DNA of 52,989 bases, taken from assembly GCA_046726415.1 (NCBI GenBank), contig JBKPAK010000051.1:1-52989 (forward strand), in the 5' to 3' direction. A model generated the notes under the pieces. It worked only from the letters and a program-made list of their open reading frames with translations, did not search any database and was not told the origin of the DNA. Made by a program: the position numbers and the translations under genes. The first letter of the stretch is position 1. Every line of letters starts with the position of its first letter. This document shows positions 29,921 through 39,762 of this stretch, piece by piece. The DNA is from Candidatus Methylomirabilota bacterium. GTDB lineage: Bacteria > Methylomirabilota > Methylomirabilia > Rokubacteriales > CSP1-6.

Positions 29921-32507
29921 CGCGCCGCTGGCCGTCACGCCCATGATGCGGCAGTACCAGGAGCTGAAGCAGCGCTATCCCGATTTTCTCCTGTTGTTCC
30001 GGCTCGGCGATTTCTACGAGATGTTCTTCGCGGATGCCGAGCGTGGTGCGCGCTTGCTCCAGATTGCGCTCACCTCGCGCCAGGGCGCGCCCATGGCGGG
30101 CATCCCGCACCACGCGGCGGAGGGCTACATCGCGCGGCTCGTGAAAGCCGGGCAGAAGATCGCCGTCTGCGAGCAACTGGAGGCGCCGGGCAAGGGCAAG
30201 AAGCTGCTGCGCCGAGACGTCGTGCGGGTGATCACGCCCGGCACGATCACCGACACCGCATACTTGCCGGGGGCGGCCAACAACTTTCTCATGGCCCTGG
30301 TGCCGGTTGGCGATGGCGGGCGGCGGCGAGGCCTCGGTCTCGCCCTCCTCGACGTGTCCACGGGGGATTTCTGGGTAGGCGAGGAGAGCGAGCCAGACGA
30401 GGGTCTTCTTGGCACGGGCCTTCTCCGGCGTCCGGCCGAGATTCTCTTCCCGGACGCCATGAGAGAGGCGTGCCCGGAATTGCTCGGCCGCCTGCAGAAC
30501 GTCGCAACGACCTTGACGTTCTATGGTGCGGCGCCGCCGACGCTCCATCAGGCTCGCGACGATCTCCGCACGCAATTTGGGGCGCCAGCGGTCGAAGCAC
30601 TTGGACTGGCTCGGATGACCGCCGGACTGCAGGCTGCATCGATCGCCCTCCAGTACGTGCGGGCCACCCAGGGGGCGTCGTCGCTGGCCCATCTGACCAC
30701 GCCACAGAGACTCGTGCCCGCCGATGCGCTGGCCCTCGACGAGACGGCGGTACGCACGCTGGAACTTCTGGAGGGGGCGGACGGGAGCGTCCGCTCATCG
30801 CTGCTCGGCGTGCTCGACGCCACTGTCACGCCCATGGGTGCGCGATTGCTGCGGCAGTGGCTCCTGCGCCCGTTGCGTTCTCCCGATGCGATTGCCACTC
30901 GTCAGGAGGCCGTGGCCGCTCTGATCGACGATCCGGGCGCTCGTGCCACTCTCCGGCGAAGCCTGGGGGCTATCGGTGACCTGGAACGGTGCACGAGCCG
31001 CGCGAGCCTCGGGACGGCTCACGCCCGGGACCTGGTGGCCCTTCGCGCGTCGCTTGGGTTGCTGCCGAATGTCCGGGAGGCCGCCTCGAGACGAACGGCC
31101 GCGATGCTCGCCGAGGCCGCCGCGCAGATCGCCCCCCTGGAGCCGCTCCGTGAGGTTTTGGTGGCCGCTCTCGTGGACGAGCCGCCGCTCCTGCTCCACG
31201 ACGGCGGGATGATTCGCCAGAGCTGGAGCGAGGCGCTGCGCGCGATCGCCGAGGAGGCGCGCGAAGCCCGGGAGTGGATTGCCGGGCTCGAAGGGCGCGA
31301 GCGCACGCGCACCGGCATTGCTGGACTGCGCGTGCGGTTCAACCGCGTCTTCGGCTATGGCATCGAGGTCACCCGCTCACAAGCGGGGCGGGTCCCTGCG
31401 GAGTACGTCCGTCGGCAAACGCTGACCACGGGCGAGCGCTACATCACCGAGGAGCTGAAATCCCACGAGACCACGGTGTTGGGGGCGGACGAGCGGCGCC
31501 GCCGGCTAGAGTACGAGCTGTTCGACGAGGTCCGTCGCCGCGTCGCGAGCCAGGCTCCGGCGCTGCAGGCGACGGCGCGCGCGGTGGCCCTACTCGACGT
31601 GTGCGCCGCGCTGGCGGAGGTCGCTCACCTGCGCGGCCACACCCGGCCGACCGTGGACGATAGTGACGCGCTCTTCGTCGTGGACGGTCGCCACCCGGTG
31701 CTCGAGGCGCGCGGGGAGGCGCCCGTCACCCCCAACGATGCGGCCCTCGATGCCGACACCCGCATCATGATCCTGACCGGGCCCAACATGGCTGGCAAGT
31801 CCGTCTATCTCCGCCAGACCGGGCACATCGTCCTCATGGCCCAGATCGGCGCGTTCGTGCCCGCGCGCGAGGCCCGCATCGGGACGCTCGATCGCCTCTT
31901 CACGCGCGTGGGAGCTCAGGACAATCTGGCCCGCGGGCAGAGCACGTTCCTGGTGGAGATGGTCGAGACGGCGGCCATTCTTCACAGCGTCACTCCCCGG
32001 AGCCTGGTCCTCCTCGACGAGGTCGGCCGGGGCACGTCGACCTACGATGGGCTCGCCATCGCTTGGGCCGTCGTGGAGGCCCTCCACGACCGGGCACCGG
32101 GGGCCAAGGTGCTGTGCGCCACGCACTTTCACGAGTTGACGCGCCTGGCCGACCGGTTGCCGGGGGTCAGGAACTTCCACGTGGCGGTGCGCGAATGGCA
32201 CGACGAAATAATCTTTCTGCACAAGGTGCGCCCGGGCAGCACCGACCGCAGTTATGGAGTCCAGGTGGCGCGGCTCGCGGGGCTGCCGCCCGCGGTCATC
32301 GCGCGCGCCCGGGCGCTGCTGGCGGAGTTCGAGCGGGAGCGCGAGGGGCGACTCGAGGCCCGTGATACCAAGCAGCTCGGCCTCTTTGCGCCGGTCGAAC
32401 ATCCTCTGCTCGCGGAGCTGGCGGGCCTGGAGCTCGCACACGTGACGCCGATCGAAGCGCTCAACCTGCTGGCCAAGTGGCAGGAGCGGTTCAGGAGCGG
32501 CGGGTGA
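29913..32507 (+). CDS. mutS: DNA mismatch repair protein MutS
   Basis: TPMMRQY, FRLGDFYEMF, TGPNMAGKS, STFLVEM, DEVGRGTST. Confidence 0.98.
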   Translation: MSDAPLAVTPMMRQYQELKQRYPDFLLLFRLGDFYEMFFADAERGARLLQIALTSRQGAPMAGIPHHAAEGYIARLVKAGQKIAVCEQLEAPGKGKKLLRRDVVRVITPGTITDTAYLPGAANNFLMALVPVGDGGRRRGLGLALLDVSTGDFWVGEESEPDEGLLGTGLLRRPAEILFPDAMREACPELLGRLQNVATTLTFYGAAPPTLHQARDDLRTQFGAPAVEALGLARMTAGLQAASIALQYVRATQGASSLAHLTTPQRLVPADALALDETAVRTLELLEGADGSVRSSLLGVLDATVTPMGARLLRQWLLRPLRSPDAIATRQEAVAALIDDPGARATLRRSLGAIGDLERCTSRASLGTAHARDLVALRASLGLLPNVREAASRRTAAMLAEAAAQIAPLEPLREVLVAALVDEPPLLLHDGGMIRQSWSEALRAIAEEAREAREWIAGLEGRERTRTGIAGLRVRFNRVFGYGIEVTRSQAGRVPAEYVRRQTLTTGERYITEELKSHETTVLGADERRRRLEYELFDEVRRRVASQAPALQATARAVALLDVCAALAEVAHLRGHTRPTVDDSDALFVVDGRHPVLEARGEAPVTPNDAALDADTRIMILTGPNMAGKSVYLRQTGHIVLMAQIGAFVPAREARIGTLDRLFTRVGAQDNLARGQSTFLVEMVETAAILHSVTPRSLVLLDEVGRGTSTYDGLAIAWAVVEALHDRAPGAKVLCATHFHELTRLADRLPGVRNFHVAVREWHDEIIFLHKVRPGSTDRSYGVQVARLAGLPPAVIARARALLAEFEREREGRLEARDTKQLGLFAPVEHPLLAELAGLELAHVTPIEALNLLAKWQERFRSGG

Positions 32508-34177
32508 TCCGAAAGCTGCCCGAGTCGCTCATCAACAAGATCGCGGCCGGCGAAGTGGTCGAGCGGCCGGCCTCGGCGGTCAAGGAGCTGGTGGAGAACG
32601 CCCTCGACGCCCAGGCGAACAGCATCTCGGTGGAGCTGCGCGACGGCGGGAGTGCGCTCATCCGGGTCACCGACGACGGCATCGGCATGACGATGGACGA
32701 GTTGCCCCTCGCCCTCGAGCGGCATGCCACCTCGAAGCTCGCGCGCGACGAGGACCTGGCAGCCATTCTGACCATGGGTTTTCGGGGGGAGGCGTTGCCG
32801 GCGATCTGCGGCGTCGCGCGGTTCACCATCACGAGTCGAGCTCGCAGCTCGGGGGAGGGCTTGCGGCTGAGCGGCGAGGGGGGTGCGATCGCGCAGCGTC
32901 TGACGGTCCCCGCCGAGCCGGGGACCACCGTCGAGGTGTGCGACCTGTTCTTCAACACTCCGGCGCGTCTGAAATTCCTCAAGAGTGCTGCCGCCGAGGC
33001 CGCGGCCACCTTCCGAACGATGACGGCCCTGGCCGCGGCCCATCCGCGCGTCCAGATGCGCGTGACCCACAATGGCCGTGCCGCCATCACCGCGCCGGAG
33101 GCCACCGACGACCGCGCCCGGATGGGTGCTTTGTGGGGCTGGGAGGCCGCGGAGCGGCTGCTCCTCGTCGACCGAGCCGAGCACGGTCTTTCCGTGCAGG
33201 GCTTGGCGGCGCCTCCGGACCTCAGCCGCGGCAACCGCGACGACATTCTGATCGTGGTCAATGGCCGCCCCGTGCGCGACCCGGCACTGGTCCAGGCGGT
33301 CCTCGAAGCCTACCGCCCTCTGCTGCCCCGGGACCGCTACCCGCTCGCCGTCGTACATCTCGCCCTCGATCCCGCCAGCGTCGACGTCAACGTCCATCCC
33401 ACCAAGGCGACGGTGCGCTTCCGCCATCCCCGACTCGCGCACGAGATGGTCGTGGCGGCGGTCCGCGAGGCGCTGGGGCGGCGCGAGGTGGTTCCCGAGA
33501 TGCGCCCCGCCCCGCCCGCACCGCCGGGGCCCGGGCTGGCCACATCGGAGGCGGCGGCGGTGGAGCAGGCGCGGCTCTTCGCCGAGGAGCCTGCACCGTA
33601 CGCGCCTGCGCTTTTCGGGCGGGTGCTCGGGCAGGTGCAGGAGACGTTCATCGTCTCCACCTCAGAGCGCGAGATCTTCTTCCTCGATCAGCACGTGGCC
33701 CACGAGCGAGTGGTCTTCGAGCGACTGCACCGAGACCTGCGCGAAGGGATCCTCGCCTCGCAACAGCTCCTCTTCGCCGAGCCACTGGACATCAGCCCGG
33801 CCGCGCGGGCGCTGCTGGCGCGATGGCGGCAGCCGCTCGAGCGTCTGGGCTTCGCCTTCGAGGAGCGCGCCGACGAGTTGATCCTGATCGCCGTGCCGAC
33901 CTTGCTCAAAGCGGAGGATCCGGTCCGGTTGATCGAGGCGGCCGTCGACGATCTCGGGGCACCGCGCATCGGTGCGCCCGCAGTCGATCGCGTCCTCGCC
34001 TTCGTGGCGTGTCGGGCCGCCGTCAAAGCGGAGACGCCGCTCAGCCGCGAAGAGATGGAGCGAATCGTGGACGATCTTGCCGCCACCGCGACGCCGTACT
34101 TCTGCCCCCACGGCCGCCCCATCGTGAGCCGGGTTTCCCTGGCCGACATTCGCAAAGAGCTTCGCCGCACGTGGTAG
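32504..34177 (+). CDS. mutL: DNA mismatch repair endonuclease MutL
   Basis: IAAGEVVERPAS.VKELVEN, HATSK, GFRGEAL, DVNVHP.K, DQHVAHER, CPHGRP. Confidence 0.97.
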   Translation: MIRKLPESLINKIAAGEVVERPASAVKELVENALDAQANSISVELRDGGSALIRVTDDGIGMTMDELPLALERHATSKLARDEDLAAILTMGFRGEALPAICGVARFTITSRARSSGEGLRLSGEGGAIAQRLTVPAEPGTTVEVCDLFFNTPARLKFLKSAAAEAAATFRTMTALAAAHPRVQMRVTHNGRAAITAPEATDDRARMGALWGWEAAERLLLVDRAEHGLSVQGLAAPPDLSRGNRDDILIVVNGRPVRDPALVQAVLEAYRPLLPRDRYPLAVVHLALDPASVDVNVHPTKATVRFRHPRLAHEMVVAAVREALGRREVVPEMRPAPPAPPGPGLATSEAAAVEQARLFAEEPAPYAPALFGRVLGQVQETFIVSTSEREIFFLDQHVAHERVVFERLHRDLREGILASQQLLFAEPLDISPAARALLARWRQPLERLGFAFEERADELILIAVPTLLKAEDPVRLIEAAVDDLGAPRIGAPAVDRVLAFVACRAAVKAETPLSREEMERIVDDLAATATPYFCPHGRPIVSRVSLADIRKELRRTW

Positions 34178-35091
34178 CGCCGGGCCCGCCGCTCGTGATC
34201 ATCGCCGGCGCCACTGGGGTGGGAAAGACGGCGACTGCCGTCGCTCTGTCCAATCGCCTGCCCATCGAGGTGATCGGAGCGGATTCGCGGCAGGTGTACC
34301 GCGGCATGGACATCGCGACGGGGAAGCCGACGGCCGAGGAGTGCGCCGCGGTCCGGCATCATCTGATCGACATCGTCGATCCAGACGATCGCTACCACGC
34401 GGCGCGCTTTTGCGTGGACGCGACGCGGGCGATCGAGGACGCCCGGGCGCGAGGCCAGATAGCGGTCGTGGTCGGGGGAACGGGACTGTATATCCGGGCT
34501 CTGTTGCGCGGTCTGGATCCGGCACCTCCCGCCGATCCAGCGCTCCGCGCCGAGCTGACCGCGCTGGCCGCGCGTTGGGGGCGCGCCGCCCTTCACGAGC
34601 GGCTCCAACACGAGGCTCCCGCGCTCGCGGCGCGGCTGCATCCCAACGACTCCGTCCGGATCATTCGGGGCCTCGAGCGGGCGCGAGCCGGGCGAACGCA
34701 GCAGGGGGCATGGGGCCGATCGGGCGCGTCCTTTCCCCACCTCTCCATCGGGTTGACAATGAATCGAGAGCATCTGGCCATGCGCCTCCGCTCCCGCTGT
34801 GAGGCGATGGTGGCGGCCGGGCTGGCCGCCGAGGTGGAGCGGCTCCTGGAACGCGGCTACGACGAGTCGCTGCCGGCCATGCAGGGGATCGGCTATCGCG
34901 ACTTCGCGCGGGCCGTGCGCGGCAAGGTGAGCGAGGCCCAGGCCCTGCGCACCATGCAGCGGGACACCGTGCGTTACGCCAAGCGGCAGACAACGTGGTT
35001 CCGGCGTGAGCCGGACTTCGAGTGGATCAATGTCGAACGCGAGGGTGGACCAGAACGGGTTGCCGCCCTCGTGGAGGAACGCCTGGGGTGA
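34171..35091 (+). CDS. miaA: tRNA dimethylallyltransferase
   Basis: GATGVGKT, DSRQVYRGMDI.TGKP, GGTGLY, YAKRQ.TWF. Confidence 0.96.
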   Translation: MVAPGPPLVIIAGATGVGKTATAVALSNRLPIEVIGADSRQVYRGMDIATGKPTAEECAAVRHHLIDIVDPDDRYHAARFCVDATRAIEDARARGQIAVVVGGTGLYIRALLRGLDPAPPADPALRAELTALAARWGRAALHERLQHEAPALAARLHPNDSVRIIRGLERARAGRTQQGAWGRSGASFPHLSIGLTMNREHLAMRLRSRCEAMVAAGLAAEVERLLERGYDESLPAMQGIGYRDFARAVRGKVSEAQALRTMQRDTVRYAKRQTTWFRREPDFEWINVEREGGPERVAALVEERLG

Positions 35092-36356
35092 GAGCAAGCG
35101 CGAATGGTGGCGGTCCAGAGCGGGCGGTCGTCGGGGCCCTCCGGTTCGGGGGAGAACGGCGCTGGCAGGTCGAGGAGTCCCTCGACGAGCTGACGAGGCT
35201 GGTCCACGCGGCAGGAGGGGTGGTCGTCGAGCGCGTCATTCAGGAGCGCGCGTCGCCGTCGCCTGCCCTGTATTTCGGCCGCGGCAAGGTGGAGGAGATC
35301 GGCGAGACGGCGAGGCGGCTCGGAGCCAACCTGTTCGTGTCCGACGATGCGCTCACCCCGGTCCAGGAGCGCAACCTCTCCGAGATGTTGGGACTGAAGG
35401 TCATCGATCGGACGGCGCTGATTCTCGACATCTTCGCTCAGCGCGCCCGCACCAGCGAGGGCAAGCTCCAGGTGGAACTGGCCCAGTTGACCTACTTCAT
35501 GCCCCGGCTCATCGGGCAGTGGAAACATCTCGAACGCCTCGGTGGCGGAATCGGCACCAGGGGACCAGGAGAGACGCAGCTCGAGTCCGACCGCCGCGTC
35601 ATCCGCCTGCGGGTCCGGCAAATCACGCGGGACCTCGAGCGCGTGAAGGTTCATCGGCGCGTTCAACGCGATGGTCGGCGCCGGGCTGGTCTGCCCGTGG
35701 TGGCCCTCGTGGGCTATACCAACGCCGGGAAGACGACCTTGCTGAACCGGGTCACGGGCTCCGCGTTGACGGCCGCCGATTCACTCTTTGTGACTCTCGA
35801 TCCCGCGGCTCGGGTGGTGAATGGCCACGGACTTCACGCCTTCATCCTCACCGACACCGTCGGCTTCATCCGCAAGCTGCCGCACGAACTGGTGGCGGCG
35901 TTCCGGGCGACGCTCGAAGAGCTGACGGACGCCGACGTCCTCCTCCATGTGGTTGATGCGAGCCATCCTCAGGTCGACGAGCACATGGCGGCGGTGGACC
36001 GGTTGCTGGAAGAGCTCGGGGTCGCCGCACGGCCGCGGCTGGTGGTGTTGAACAAGCTCGATCGCTTGGAAGATCCCACGGTGGCCGCCGGGCTCGCTCG
36101 ATGGCACGGCGGGGTGGCCGTGTCGGCCCGCACGGGTGAGGGCCTCGATGGACTTCTCAGAGCCATCCGCGACCTCTTGCCGCGACCGGGGGGACCTGTC
36201 ACCCTGCGCATTCCTCATGGCGCCGGCGCCGTGCTCGCATCGTGCTACGAGCGGGGGCGCGTGCTCGTGCGATCCGACGAGGCCCAGCACGTGCGCGTGG
36301 AAGTGGAACTGCCGCCCGACATGCTGGGGGCGTTGAACGTCTATCGCGTGACGTGA
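35088..36356 (+). CDS. hflX: GTPase HflX
   Basis: LILDIFAQRA, GIGTRGPGETQLE.DRR, GYTNAGKT, DTVGFI, NKLD. Confidence 0.96.
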   Translation: MRASANGGGPERAVVGALRFGGERRWQVEESLDELTRLVHAAGGVVVERVIQERASPSPALYFGRGKVEEIGETARRLGANLFVSDDALTPVQERNLSEMLGLKVIDRTALILDIFAQRARTSEGKLQVELAQLTYFMPRLIGQWKHLERLGGGIGTRGPGETQLESDRRVIRLRVRQITRDLERVKVHRRVQRDGRRRAGLPVVALVGYTNAGKTTLLNRVTGSALTAADSLFVTLDPAARVVNGHGLHAFILTDTVGFIRKLPHELVAAFRATLEELTDADVLLHVVDASHPQVDEHMAAVDRLLEELGVAARPRLVVLNKLDRLEDPTVAAGLARWHGGVAVSARTGEGLDGLLRAIRDLLPRPGGPVTLRIPHGAGAVLASCYERGRVLVRSDEAQHVRVEVELPPDMLGALNVYRVT

Positions 36357-36389
36357 CGTGGGGGGCTCGAAAGGCCTCCCACAACCTCC
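36355..36389 (-). repeat. G/C-rich palindromic REP-like element downstream of hflX
   Basis: Reverse strand GGAGGTTGTGGGAGGCCTTTCGAGCCCCCCACGTC; stem 36358-36367/36373-36382; resembles 17687-17726. Confidence 0.6.
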
Positions 36390-36502
36390 AACGCGCGAAG
36401 CCCCGGCAAGGGGGTCGTGGCGTTCGTCGCGTCTTGCAATGCTCCGAGCGGTCCGCGCCCGGCCGGGCCCCGATGGTGGCAGTGGTAGACTGAGTTGCTT
36501 TC

Positions 36503-37087
36503 ATGGGACTGGCAAACTGGTTGACCGTCCTCCGGATCGTTCTGATTCCAGTGTTCGTGCTGCTGCTCGTGTACCGGCGGCCGGGCCTTGCCCTGGCCGT
36601 GTTTGCGCTGGCCGCCCTCACGGACATGCTGGATGGCTACGTGGCGCGCCGGCGGGGGAGCCAGAGTCGGTTGGGCGCCTTCCTCGATCCCATGGCCGAC
36701 AAACTGCTCCTCACGGCGTCGTTCATCACCCTGACCCAGCTCCGCGTGTTGCCCGCCTGGATCACCATCGTCGTCATCAGTCGGGACGTGATCCTCATTG
36801 TGGGAGCCCTGCTGATCCACATACTCGGTGGGCGGATCCATCCCCGTCCGACATGGGCCGGGAAGGCGGCCACCTTCTTCCAGATCTTGACGGTGCTGGT
36901 GGGTTTGCTCGTCCGCTACGCGCGGACGCCCGCGGGGACGGGAGCTCTGGTGCTGAATTCCGTCACCGCGCTGGCCGCCGTGTTCACCATCGCGTCGGGC
37001 CTGCAGTACCTCGTGCACGGCATGCGCTATCTCAACGCGACCGACGCCGCCCGCGAGGAGTCCGATGAGAGTGTGCTCTTCCGCTGA
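36503..37087 (+). CDS. pgsA: CDP-alcohol phosphatidyltransferase (PgsA-like)
   Basis: AN.LT.LRI, TD.LDG..AR, G..LDP.ADK. Confidence 0.85.
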   Translation: MGLANWLTVLRIVLIPVFVLLLVYRRPGLALAVFALAALTDMLDGYVARRRGSQSRLGAFLDPMADKLLLTASFITLTQLRVLPAWITIVVISRDVILIVGALLIHILGGRIHPRPTWAGKAATFFQILTVLVGLLVRYARTPAGTGALVLNSVTALAAVFTIASGLQYLVHGMRYLNATDAAREESDESVLFR

Positions 37088-38387
37088 GGGCGTCGTGGTG
37101 GCCGCCGTGCGGCCGCGGTCGCCGGCCGCCGCGGGGGGAATCGCCGCCGGTGACCGGTTGCTCACCATCAACGGCCGGCCGCTCCGCGACGCGATCGATT
37201 TCCAGTTCCACGCCAGCGAGGACTTGCTGGACGTGGAGCTGGAACGCGGGACGGCGCGGCGCCGCCTGACCGTGCTGCGGGACTCCCGCGACCTCGGGCT
37301 GACCCTCGAAGCTCCCCGGCCCGGCGAGATCGCCACCTGTGCCAACAAGTGCGTCTTCTGCTTCATCCACCAGCTGCCGAAGGGTATGCGGCGCAGCCTC
37401 TACGTCAAAGACGACGACTTTCGGCTGTCCTTCCTGCACGGCAACTACATCACGCTCAGCGATCTCGCCGAGGACGCCGTGGCCCGCATCATCGAGCAGC
37501 GTCTGTCGCCCCTCTACATCTCCGTCCACACCACGGACCCTGCGCTGCGCCACGCCCTGCTAGGCCGCCCGCGCCACTCTGCGGAGATTCTGCCGCGCCT
37601 GGAGCGCCTGGCCCGCGCAGGGATCCGCATGCATGCGCAGATCGTGCTCTGCCCGGACTGGAACGATGGCGCGCATCTGGAGCGCACGGTGCGCGAGTTG
37701 GCCCCTCTGGCGCCCCAGGTAGCGACCGTGGCCATCGTCCCGGTGGGCCTGACCCGCCACCGCGAGCGCTTGCCTGCGCTGCGCCCCTTGGCTGACGACG
37801 AGGCTCGCGCCCTCGTCGACACGGTGAGGGGCTGGCAGGGCCACTTCCTGGCGTCCCTGGGCACGCGCTTCGTCTTCCTCGCCGACGAAGTATACCTGCA
37901 GGCCCAGGTGGAAGTGCCGGCCGCGAGGGCGTACGAGGGCTTCGCCATCGCCGAGGATGGCGTGGGCCTCGTCCGCCGCTTCGAGGATGCGTTCGCCCGC
38001 TCGGTGGCGCGCCGGCGCCAGTGGAAACCCGGTGGCCCCGTCACGGTGGTGAGCGGTGCGATGTACGCGCCACGGTTGGGGAGTCTGCTGACCTCGCTCG
38101 CGCCGCGCGGTGTCCGCGCCCACGTGGCTGGCGTGACCAATGACTTCTTCGGCGGTGGTGTGGCCGTGGCGGGTCTCCTCACCGGGCGGGATATCCAACG
38201 GCAGCTGGCGGCGCACGATGATCTCGCCGCGACGGTGCTGGTCCCCGCGGTGGCTGTCCGCGACGGGGATGGAGTGTTCCTGGACGACCTCACCGCGGAC
38301 GATCTGGCGCGTGGCCTCGGCGTCTCCGTGCGGATCGTCGAGCCGGATGCGCCCAGCCTGCTCGACGCGCTCCTGGGACCGGCATGA
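37065..38387 (+). CDS. DUF512 family PDZ + radical-SAM-like Fe-S protein
   Basis: N-terminal PDZ-like segment, CANKCVFC (CX3CX2C), KDDDFRLSFL.GNY.TL, VAGLLTG.D. Confidence 0.9.
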   Translation: MRVCSSAEGVVVAAVRPRSPAAAGGIAAGDRLLTINGRPLRDAIDFQFHASEDLLDVELERGTARRRLTVLRDSRDLGLTLEAPRPGEIATCANKCVFCFIHQLPKGMRRSLYVKDDDFRLSFLHGNYITLSDLAEDAVARIIEQRLSPLYISVHTTDPALRHALLGRPRHSAEILPRLERLARAGIRMHAQIVLCPDWNDGAHLERTVRELAPLAPQVATVAIVPVGLTRHRERLPALRPLADDEARALVDTVRGWQGHFLASLGTRFVFLADEVYLQAQVEVPAARAYEGFAIAEDGVGLVRRFEDAFARSVARRRQWKPGGPVTVVSGAMYAPRLGSLLTSLAPRGVRAHVAGVTNDFFGGGVAVAGLLTGRDIQRQLAAHDDLAATVLVPAVAVRDGDGVFLDDLTADDLARGLGVSVRIVEPDAPSLLDALLGPA

Positions 38388-39733
38388 AGCCCGAGCCGGT
38401 CATTGCCATCGTCGGGCGGCCGAACGTCGGCAAGTCGACGCTCTTCAATCGGTTGATCGGGCGGAGGGCATCGATCGTACGGGACGTTCCGGGGGTCACG
38501 CGGGATCGGCTGTACGGGCAGGTGAGCCTGGGCCGGTGGCAAGCTACCGTGATCGACACGGGAGGATTCGATCCCACCACGGCCGAGCCGCTCATCGAGG
38601 GCGTCCGCCGGCAGGTGATCGCCGCCGTCCACGAGGCCGACTTCGTGCTGTTCGTCGTCGACGCTCGCGCTGGCGTCACTGCGCTTGATCTCGAACTGGC
38701 GCGTGCCCTGCGGCGGGCGGGGCGACCGGTCGCTCTCATCGCCAACAAGGTCGACACCGCAGGGGTGGAGAGCGGGACCGCCGAGCTGTATCGGCTGGGA
38801 TTCGGAGACCCTCTGCCCGTCTCCGCGGAGCATGGACGCGGCGTGGCCGAGATGCTGGAGGTCGTGCGAGATCGCGCGCCAGCCCTCCCCGTGCCGGCGC
38901 CGATTCGGGAGTCGGCCGTTCACATCGCCGTGACCGGGCGGCCGAATGTTGGCAAGTCATCACTGGTCAACGCCATGGTGGGCGCCGAGCGGGTCCTGGT
39001 GGACGCGGCGCCCGGGACCACCCGCGATGCCGTCGATACCCCGTTCGTCTATCAGGGCCGATCGTATGTGCTGGTCGATACCGCCGGCATCCGCCGCAAA
39101 GGGCGGGTGACCGAGGCGCTCGAGAAGCTTGCCGTCGTCATGGCGCGGAAGAGTTTCGAGCGCTGTCAGGTGGCGTTGATCGTGCTCGACGCGTCCGAGG
39201 GGATAGCTGCCCAGGACGCGCACATCGCCGGATACGCGGAGGAGGCGGGTCGGGCCACCATCCTCGTCGTAAACAAGTGGGATCTCGTGCCCCCCGGCAT
39301 GGTGCGCAAGGCCGAAGTGATCGACCAGCTTCGCGATCGCCTGCCCTTTCTCGACTACGCGCCGGTGTGCTTCACGTCAGCCCTGCGAGGCGAGGGCATG
39401 GCCGACCTCTTCGCGACCATCGATCTGGTGGCCGCCGAGGGGCGGCGACGCCCGCCCGGCCGGGAGGTCATCGAGACGCTTCGCCAGGCCATCGAACGGC
39501 GACCGATTTCCATTGGAGGCGCTCCGCTGGCGATCCAGTCGGCCGTGCAGATTGCCGTGAACCCGCCGACCTTTGCCCTGCGGGTGAGCCGACCAGATGG
39601 CATTCACTTCTCCTACGCGCGCTACCTTGCGAAGTCACTGCGGCGCGCCTTCGCCTTTACCGGGTCTCCTATCCGCCTCGCGTTCCGCCAGGCGATGACC
39701 CGCAAGAGGCGCGCTCAGCGGGTGAGACGCTGA
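38384..39733 (+). CDS. der: Ribosome biogenesis GTPase Der
   Basis: Two GTPase domains GRPNVGKS, DTGG/DTAG, NKVD/NKWD. Confidence 0.96.
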   Translation: MKPEPVIAIVGRPNVGKSTLFNRLIGRRASIVRDVPGVTRDRLYGQVSLGRWQATVIDTGGFDPTTAEPLIEGVRRQVIAAVHEADFVLFVVDARAGVTALDLELARALRRAGRPVALIANKVDTAGVESGTAELYRLGFGDPLPVSAEHGRGVAEMLEVVRDRAPALPVPAPIRESAVHIAVTGRPNVGKSSLVNAMVGAERVLVDAAPGTTRDAVDTPFVYQGRSYVLVDTAGIRRKGRVTEALEKLAVVMARKSFERCQVALIVLDASEGIAAQDAHIAGYAEEAGRATILVVNKWDLVPPGMVRKAEVIDQLRDRLPFLDYAPVCFTSALRGEGMADLFATIDLVAAEGRRRPPGREVIETLRQAIERRPISIGGAPLAIQSAVQIAVNPPTFALRVSRPDGIHFSYARYLAKSLRRAFAFTGSPIRLAFRQAMTRKRRAQRVRR

Positions 39734-39762
39734 AGCGTCGCGTCCTGCTCGGCGCCGCGGCG

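Noticed and set aside
32938-35091. Apparent long N-terminal extensions or fusions (miaA 717 aa, waaA 646 aa, lpxK 551 aa, scpA 521 aa)
   Set aside because: The extensions are stop-free alternate frames overlapping the upstream gene; true starts overlap the upstream stop codons.
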